Assembly (NCBI GenBank): GCA_902806215.1
Contig: CADCVT010000137.1
Span: forward strand, 1 to 36,593
Direction of reading: 5' to 3'
Source: an uncultured Solirubrobacteraceae bacterium
GTDB lineage: Bacteria; Actinomycetota; Thermoleophilia; Solirubrobacterales; Solirubrobacteraceae
DNA: 36,593 nucleotides
Part shown: positions 34,805-36,593 of the stretch, one piece after another
How positions within the stretch are numbered: the stretch's first letter is position 1
Layout: each line of letters starts with the position of its first letter
Notes under the pieces: model-generated
What the model was told of the DNA's origin: nothing
What the model saw: only the letters and a program-made list of their open reading frames with translations
The model's database searches: none
Program-made: the position numbers and the translations under genes

Positions 34805-35728
34805 CGCCGGTCGCCGTACCGCGCTCGCGAGGCTCGGTGGCAGCCTCCCGACCGTGAGGAGCAACCGGTCCGCCGGGCCGGGGCGCAGCCGGTACAGCCG
34901 CCGGAGCGACCGGATCGTCTCGACGTCGGCGATCTGGACCGAGGCGCGCAGGCACCAGCCGACGTAGCGGTCGACGTAGTCGTCGAGACCTGACGGCGAA
35001 GTGCCGGTCGCCGCCACGTGCTCGAGCACCGTGGCGACGGCGGGTGCGATGTCGGCGGCGGATGCCGGCCGGGCGCCCTTCCAGCGGGCCCTCGCGCTCT
35101 CCATCGCGCCGCCGGTCCCGTGGACGTAGACCGCGGTTCGGCGGGTGGACGTCGCGACGGGTCCGCTCAGCGCGAGGCGTGCGAACAGCTCGGAGTCGGC
35201 CCCGAGGGCGTGGTCCGCGAAGCCGCCGACCCGGTCGACCGCCGACCGGCGAACTGCCGCGGTGCTCGCGCACAACGGCAGGGGCCGACGGCCGACCTCC
35301 TCGAAGTACCGGACGAGCGCGATGGTCGGGTCGGCCGGTGGGGGGACGTCGTAGCGGCCGGCGAAGTCGCTGTCGACGTATCGGGTCCCGATGAGGCCGG
35401 CATCGGGGAACCGTTGCCGCACACGGTCGAGCTCCGCCAGATGCTCGGGGAACCAGAGGTCGTCCGCGTCGAGGAAGGCGATCCACTCGTGCGACGCCAC
35501 GGCGATCCCGCGGTTGCGGGCCGCTCCTTCGCCCGCGTTTTCCTGGCGGACGACGACGACGCGCGGGTCGAGCGGCTCCGACAGCGCCGCGATGCCGCCG
35601 TCGGTGGATCCGTCGTCGACGACGACGAGCTCGAAGTCCTGGAAGCTCTGCTCGAGGACGCTGCGAACCGCGCGTCCGAGCGTCCGGCGAGCGTTGAAGA
35701 CGGGGATGACGACGCTGAACACGGTCAA
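34736..35728 (-). CDS. Glycosyltransferase family 2
   Basis: TTGA overlap start gives MTVFSVVIPVFN; ELVVVDDGSTDG, NAGEGAARNRG, IAFLDADDLW. Confidence 0.93.
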   Translation of the reverse strand: MTVFSVVIPVFNARRTLGRAVRSVLEQSFQDFELVVVDDGSTDGGIAALSEPLDPRVVVVRQENAGEGAARNRGIAVASHEWIAFLDADDLWFPEHLAELDRVRQRFPDAGLIGTRYVDSDFAGRYDVPPPADPTIALVRYFEEVGRRPLPLCASTAAVRRSAVDRVGGFADHALGADSELFARLALSGPVATSTRRTAVYVHGTGGAMESARARWKGARPASAADIAPAVATVLEHVAATGTSPSGLDDYVDRYVGWCLRASVQIADVETIRSLRRLYRLRPGPADRLLLTVGRLPPSLASAVRRPASRLARAIERAGVRRGRRRQGVA

Positions 35729-36593
35729 CGCCAGTGCGACAGGTCGCAGCCGAGCAGCGACTCCAGCTTGTCGACCTGCGGCGCGAAGACCTGGGCCAGC
35801 TCCTCGCGGAACCTGGGCTCGAGCGGTGCGCTCGGGCCACGTCGCACGTTCGCCCGGTTGATGAGGCGTGACGGGCTGATGCCCGCGCGCGCGGCAACGA
35901 CACGCGCCGGCTCGTACAGCGGTCCGAGCCGGCGCGGCAGCGACCTGTGGACACGGGCTGCCGCGGGGCTGCGGAGGGTCGCCCTGACGTTCGCCGGTGC
36001 GAAGTCGCGCCGCCCGTCGTCCTCGAGACGGAGGAACGCGAGGACTTGCAGGTACACCGAGCGCGTGTCGCGCTTCAGGTCGTCGAACAGGACGACGAGC
36101 CTCTGCTGCTCGGGCACGATGGCGCAAAGACGCTCGAGCTGGTCGCCGGTCGCGCAGACCCGTGCGTAATCGAGTAGGCGCGGGTCGGCACACTCGACCG
36201 GTATCCGTCGACCCTGACGCCGGACATCCTGCAGCCGCCATGCTCGTTCGAGGTCGCTGACGTCCTCGTGGTAGGTCTTCACGAGCTCGGCATGAAACGA
36301 CACGACCATGTCGACCGGGTCTCGCAGCATCACGACGAACCGCGCGTCGGGCCGCTCGGCGAGGATGGCCGGTACGGCGACCGCGGACCGGAGGTAGTTC
36401 GCCGTCGCCTCGCCCCGCAGCGCGTCCTCGGGCGCCCCGTCCCACAGCGCCAGGTATGCGGTGCGGTCGCGCACGGGGTCGCGTCGATCGAGGTCCGGGC
36501 TCCAGTATCCGGGCTCCTTGCGGCTCGACATCGCGATGCCGGGGTGCGTCGCGAGGTACCCGTGCATCGCGGTCGTCCCGCACTTGGGGGCCC
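35725..36593 (-). CDS. Sulfotransferase (PAPS-dependent), 5' end outside window
   Basis: Reading to the edge gives APKCGTTAMH (5'-PSB loop), HPGI..KEPGYW, GEATANY, LRDPVDMVVS (3'-PB), VLAFL. Confidence 0.92.
   Translation of the reverse strand, partial: APKCGTTAMHGYLATHPGIAMSSRKEPGYWSPDLDRRDPVRDRTAYLALWDGAPEDALRGEATANYLRSAVAVPAILAERPDARFVVMLRDPVDMVVSFHAELVKTYHEDVSDLERAWRLQDVRRQGRRIPVECADPRLLDYARVCATGDQLERLCAIVPEQQRLVVLFDDLKRDTRSVYLQVLAFLRLEDDGRRDFAPANVRATLRSPAAARVHRSLPRRLGPLYEPARVVAARAGISPSRLINRANVRRGPSAPLEPRFREELAQVFAPQVDKLESLLGCDLSHWR

Noticed and set aside
35729..36583. Possible sulfotransferase-GT2 fusion (615-aa ORF)
   Set aside because: The two domains are in different frames joined by a normal TTGA stop/start overlap, so they are two genes.

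Overview
A very GC-rich, gene-dense window, most likely from a monoderm actinobacterium. The secreted-protein styles suggest Thermoleophilia/Solirubrobacterales, which is an inference. Positions 1-4985 hold a secreted penicillin/AHL-acylase-family Ntn hydrolase (running off the left edge), a secreted double-PHP (CehA/McbA-like) metallohydrolase, a small lipoprotein and a cupin. From 4990 to the right edge is a large surface-glycan locus with frequent strand switches. It encodes a UDP-HexNAc-type 6-dehydrogenase, four extended-SDR epimerase/dehydratases, three GT4s, one GT2, an AsnB-type amidotransferase, three SAM methyltransferases, a sulfotransferase, a Wzx flippase, Wzy/GT-C-like and Wzz-like membrane proteins, an NTP_transf_5-like nucleotidyltransferase and a fused ABC exporter. 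It also encodes three exported putative carbohydrate-processing proteins: an esterase with four Ig-like repeats, a tailspike-like beta-helix protein and a clan GH-A hydrolase. The most striking element is one ~1009-aa ORF fusing a WecA/MraY-type initiating transferase, an O-antigen-ligase/O-OTase-like domain and TPRs, next to a membrane-anchored low-complexity protein. This is a candidate self-contained glycosylation system. Other notable features are a dehydrogenase with a rewired catalytic motif (GGDCIPVVP) and many apparent leaderless promoters, including a reciprocal pair in which each gene's start codon forms part of the other's -10 box. No RNA genes, CRISPR arrays or mobile elements were seen. 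All product calls come from motif recognition by eye; no database searches were run.
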